Source: an uncultured Candidatus Saccharibacteria bacterium (GTDB lineage Bacteria; Patescibacteriota; Dojkabacteria; SC72). From it: a stretch of 64,000 nt of DNA. The stretch's first letter is position 1. Each line of letters begins with the position of its first letter. Below the pieces are notes generated by a model that saw only the letters and a list, made by a program, of their open reading frames with translations, made no database searches and was not told the origin of the DNA. A program made the translations under genes and the position numbers. This document shows positions 59,992 through 64,000 of this stretch, piece after piece. The stretch spans positions 83,665-147,664 of the forward strand of contig CAZULJ010000002.1 in the NCBI GenBank assembly GCA_964621195.1, written 5' to 3'.

Positions 59992-61103
59992 TCAATATAT
60001 ATTCTAGGAACCCTTTCGCTAATACCACACAGGAGGTCATAGATAGATCTGTCCGATTCATCGGATATTTTAAATAGGGAGATCTTTTCTCCCCAAAGTT
60101 CGACATCATCTCCTACGTATGCCTCTCCCTGTGGTGTAATATCTACCATGGTTTGGTCCATACAGACTCTTCCTGCTACTGGGTAGAAATTTTCATTTAA
60201 AAATACTTCTCCAGTATTGGATAGTGATCTTGGGTATCCATCGGCATATCCTACTGGAAGAGTTACAATACGTGTTCTTTCCTTTGTGGTGTATGTTCTG
60301 TCATATCCAATAGTTAGACCTTCTTCTAAGACCTTGAAGTAGGATACTTTTGTTTTGAATTTCATCACAGGTTTCAGTAATTTCTGTATATCAGGGTTGT
60401 ATGAGTATCCATACAGCATTAATCCCGGTCTTATCATATCAAAAAAGGCCTCCTCAATATTGTTAAAAACAGATCCTGAGTTACCTAAATGTACTAGATT
60501 AGGAAGAGTATATTTCTCTTCAATGTAACTTAATACACTCTTGAATCTTTTAATTTGTTCTTTTGTATATTCAATATCATCGGTAGAATTGGCAAAGTGA
60601 GAATATATCCCTACAATATTTAAATTCGGAAGAGAGTATGCCTTCTCTACGAATGTTTCTTTCCTATCCCATTGAACTCCTATTCTTCCCATTCCGGTGT
60701 CTATCTTAATGTGTACATTTGCTTTAATATTCATTTGAGTTGCGACCCTTGATATTTCTTCCAACTTTTCAATAGAGGAGCCGGGTATATCGATATCGTT
60801 CTATAGAAAGAGGGGTATCTGAGAATTATCTATTGCCCCTAATACCAAGATTGGAACCTTAATAGAGTTCTTTCTTAAAAAGAGTGCTTCCTCGATATAT
60901 GCCACTCCCAGGTAATCAATCTTAAGGGATTGTAACTTTGTTGCTACTTCTACAAGCCCATGTCCATATGCATTGGCCTTCACAACACCTAATATCTTTG
61001 TAGAACCAATAATATCTCTTACAACTTTAAGGTTGTTTTCCAAATTTGAGAGAGATATTTCGACTCTTGTTGGTCTGTTGTTAAATATTGGATCCTTAAA
61101 CAT
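59988..61103 (-). pseudogene. alr: Alanine racemase with in-frame TAG at 60801-60803
   Basis: VVKANAYGHG PLP motif ... LFL*NDIDIPGSSIEKLEE ... HIKIDTGMGRIG, RPGL.LYG, GYADG, GRVCMDQ; both halves are in the same frame. Confidence 0.9.
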
Positions 61104-61107
61104 ATGA

Positions 61108-62103
61108 TTAGGCGTTTTCTATATAGAAGGTGATAAGGTGGGTATAGGATATCCCTATGGCTTGAGCTTCCTGGGGAATGAGTGAGGTTGAGGTCATGCC
61201 AGGGAGAGTGTTTGTTTCAAGATAGTAGATTCTTTCTCCTTGTATTAGAAAGTCTGATCTACTGTAAAGTCTACATCCAAGTATGTTATGTATTTGTGCA
61301 GATATGTTTGAGATTTGTTGTCTTTGCTCCTCTGTAATCCCTATCGCGGGTATTCTTTCTAACGAACCTCCTTTTGTATATTTTGCTTTGTAATCAAAAA
61401 ACTCGGAGCTTTGAGGAATAATCTCTATTGGTGGTAGTTGTAATATTGTATGATCTTTTTTCTCTAAGCATCCACAACTTACTTCAACTTTTTGATCTAT
61501 TAATTCTTGTATTAATATTTCATCTTTATCTTTATGATGTTTGTAAAATTCTTCTAAAAGAGTGTCAATATTTTCTAAGTTCTTAACTACGAAAGAGCAT
61601 ACACTCGATCCGTTTTTGTTTGGTTTTACAAAGACAGGGAGCGATATTTTTGATAAGGTATCTTTGAGATTTATTAATCGAACTAACTGTGTCTTAGGAG
61701 TTAGGATACCTGTTGTTGCATGCACAAGGATACTTGATCTGTATTTATCCATTGCTAATCGGCTCGCATATGAATCTGAACCTGTGAATACAATGCCATT
61801 TTCTTCGAGGTATGTTTATAAGACTCCGTCTTCTCCAAATTGTCCGTGGGTACCAAGTAGTACTGTGTCGTAGGATTTTAATTTTTCAAGTGTTTCTTCA
61901 AGTGAGTACTTTCCTTTTTGTAGTTTGGTGATATCTGTTTTCTGTTTTATTCTTTCAATATTGCTTCTCCTATCTTTTCCGATTATACAAATGCTTACTT
62001 CATATTTTGAGTAATCAATATTGTCAATTATTGATTGTGAAGAAGAAAGGGATGCTTCATATTCGCTTGAGGGGCCTCCACACACTACTATTACTTTTTT
62101 CAT
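61108..62103 (-). pseudogene. ddl: D-alanine--D-alanine ligase with in-frame TAA at 61816-61818
   Basis: GGPSSEYEASL, HGQFGEDGVL*TYLEENGIVFTGS (the conserved Gln position), MDK, VKP...GSS, FDYKAKY, LETNTLPGMT.TSL.P. Confidence 0.9.
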
Positions 62104-62156
62104 AGTATTTTGAGTATACAATTGTGTTAAATGAAGGGCAACAGGATATGACTTTA

Positions 62157-62199
62157 CCTTGAAAACACGGGTTTCAAAAACACTTTCGTGTCTTCAAGG
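62157..62199 (-). terminator. Inverted repeat downstream of the GC-rich gene (possible terminator)
   Basis: CCTTGAAAACACG...CGTGTCTTCAAGG. Confidence 0.4.
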
Positions 62200-62215
62200 T
62201 ATTGTCGTTGTTAAT

Positions 62216-62981
62216 CTACCAATCTTTAGGGTCCCTCCACTCTGGTCTTGCCATAAGGCTGAATTCGCGACCGTTTTCGTCCGCCATAACCAGGGCACAT
62301 GGAGAGTTGGGGTTTCTTTCCCATGTCTGTGCTTCCAGACCGGAATTGTCGGCAATGAACTCAATCCATGCGCTCCGGGTCTGAAGTAGCTACATCCCAA
62401 TGCAATCCGGGGGTCCAATCGTTAGGCCAGAGCTGATGCTCTACCCAGTAGATCCCATTGGGGGATCGATTGGTCCGAACGGGGATGTAGTTCCTCTCGT
62501 GGTCTGGCGCTGGCTTTGGTTCTGCCCAGGTCTGGTACCGTTCTTCGTCGCGCTGAACCGCAAGGTTTCGAGCATCCCTATCAGGGTGGCGGAAGCCAAC
62601 GTGATGGAAGCGAACCTCATGGTCCATGCTCCAATAGCGAAGGAGAGCAAACATAAGATCGATCTGATCATTCTCCCATGCAGAGCATGAAACGATCAAA
62701 TGATCCTCGCGATAGCCTCCAGCCCAGGGGCGGCCCTCGTCAAGAGGGGTCTTGCTGATTCCTCGCTTGTTCCCTCCAGCAAGGAGAGAAAAAGCCTTCC
62801 AGGGTCCATACATTGCTGGTCCTGGGTTTGATCCGATGCCTCCCGCCCACTGCGCAGAAAATTCTGCTACGTCATAGCCTGTGTGATCGGCCTCGATAAA
62901 CGTGACGTAAGTGGGCGTTCCTGCTGACCCAAACATAAGGTCAGCAAGGTTATACGTACTGCGAAACTGATCGAGAATCAT
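62216..62981 (-). pseudogene. GC-rich hypothetical gene (GlcG/HbpS-like N-terminus, VOC-like C-terminus) with a 1-nt insertion near 62366
   Basis: The 206-aa ORF continues as IEFIADNSGLEAQTWERNPNSPCALVMADENGREFSLMARPEWRDPKDW*; strong GGAGG SD; visibly higher GC than the flanks. Confidence 0.6.
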
Positions 62982-63066
62982 GTTTTCCTCCGAAAAAAGG
63001 TTTTGGTGTTTTACACCTACTGTTAACGAACAAAGAGGTTATACTATAAGACAAAAATAGAGGCAA
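62982..63066 (-). promoter_or_regulatory. Promoter and leader with boxA-like motif, hairpin and strong SD
   Basis: TTGCCT-17-TATAAC; TGTTCGTTAACA; GGTGT-AAA-ACACC; GGAGG. Confidence 0.55.
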
Positions 63067-63146
63067 GAAACCCTTTCCTGATGGACCTTTCCACTCGCTA
63101 TGTAACCTTGGCATATGACGATGTATATGTTAATCTGGAAGATAGA

Positions 63147-64000
63147 ATGAAAAATGCTCTCAAAATGAAATTTGATGCTTGTATAGACAGAAAAATAGTA
63201 CTAAAAAGAATATTAACAGTGGTATCTTTGTTTGTTATTTCAGCCCTATCTAGTAGCTTTGCCTTTTCCGCAGAGCTTTCGGTTCAAGGTGATTCTGAAT
63301 TAAGGTCAGGTACTCTATTTAATGCAAGAGAATCTGAAAATGGTACAGGAGTAAAGCTTGAATCCGATGGGACATGGGGAGCATTAACTTGGCAGACTCC
63401 TGATAAAACTTTGGGAGTTGGTTCTGCTTTTACATCTGATGGTGAGTACATTTATGTGGTTCGTGGGCTTGGAGATATATTACTCTGGAGATACTCATAT
63501 CAAACAGATAGCTGGGATACTCTTACCAAGATGCCATATGGTGCATATTACGGATCTGACCTACAGTACTTAAATGGATATCTGTACGTTCTTTTCGGTG
63601 GATATCAAAACTCTTTTGCTAGATATTCTATTGCGGATGATAGCTGGGAGATATTAACTGTTTATCCTGAATTGGTATTTCAGGGGGCGAGCATGGCTAC
63701 GAATGGTACTGATATTTTTGTTATTACTTCAAACAATACTCAAAGTTTCTATAGATACTCTGTAGCAAATGATTCTTGGATTTCTCTTACAGGTGCGCCT
63801 GGCACATTAAGAACAGGCTCTGATTTGGAGCATGTAGGTGGGTATATATATACTCCCAGAGGGAACAATACGAATACTTTCTACCGATATGAGATATCTA
63901 CAAATACATGGGCTACGATGGCAAATATGCCTGGTACTATGAATGATGATGTAGATATTACTAGTGCAAATGGATACATATATGTTGCAAGGCAGAACAA
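63147..64000 (+). CDS. Secreted Kelch-repeat (beta-propeller) protein, runs off the window edge
   Basis: Manual translation: signal peptide, then repeats DGEYIYVVRG..WRYS..DSW..L..P / NGYLYVLFGG..FARYS..DSW / GGYIYTPRG..FYRY..NTW. Confidence 0.8.
   Translation, partial: MKNALKMKFDACIDRKIVLKRILTVVSLFVISALSSSFAFSAELSVQGDSELRSGTLFNARESENGTGVKLESDGTWGALTWQTPDKTLGVGSAFTSDGEYIYVVRGLGDILLWRYSYQTDSWDTLTKMPYGAYYGSDLQYLNGYLYVLFGGYQNSFARYSIADDSWEILTVYPELVFQGASMATNGTDIFVITSNNTQSFYRYSVANDSWISLTGAPGTLRTGSDLEHVGGYIYTPRGNNTNTFYRYEISTNTWATMANMPGTMNDDVDITSANGYIYVARQN

Noticed and set aside
60801-61818. Stop-codon reassignment (TAA/TAG to Gln) explaining alr and ddl
   Set aside because: TAA and TAG terminate many clearly complete genes in this window (for example secA, rfbB, trpS).

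Overview
Low-GC, very compact bacterial chromosome segment using the standard code (TGA serves as a stop). Gene content, near absence of Shine-Dalgarno sites and many apparently leaderless genes suggest a CPR/Patescibacteria genome, possibly Dojkabacteria-like (inference). From 3.3 to 36.9 kb lies a large surface-glycan region: many GT2/GT4/GT11 enzymes, Wzm/Wzt, dTDP-rhamnose genes rfbBACD, methyltransferases, a flippase and a priming sugar transferase, interleaved with a histidine kinase, an M23 peptidase and secA. It is followed by recO, a surface protein, tRNA-Lys(CTT) with a small island, elp3, an HI0933 flavoprotein, ndk, a family-4 UDG, trpS and a 2286-aa repetitive surface protein. The last 8 kb holds five interrupted genes, including alr and ddl with in-frame stops. 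Main unexplained signals: (1) a promoter-preceded, GC-rich, highly structured ~135-nt RNA at 21094-21227 containing a tRNA-elbow-like D-arm/T-arm module with no anticodon arm; (2) two atypical orphan genes that share a boxA-like + ACACC/GGTGT hairpin + strong SD leader; (3) a C-terminal membrane module shared by two different surface proteins.
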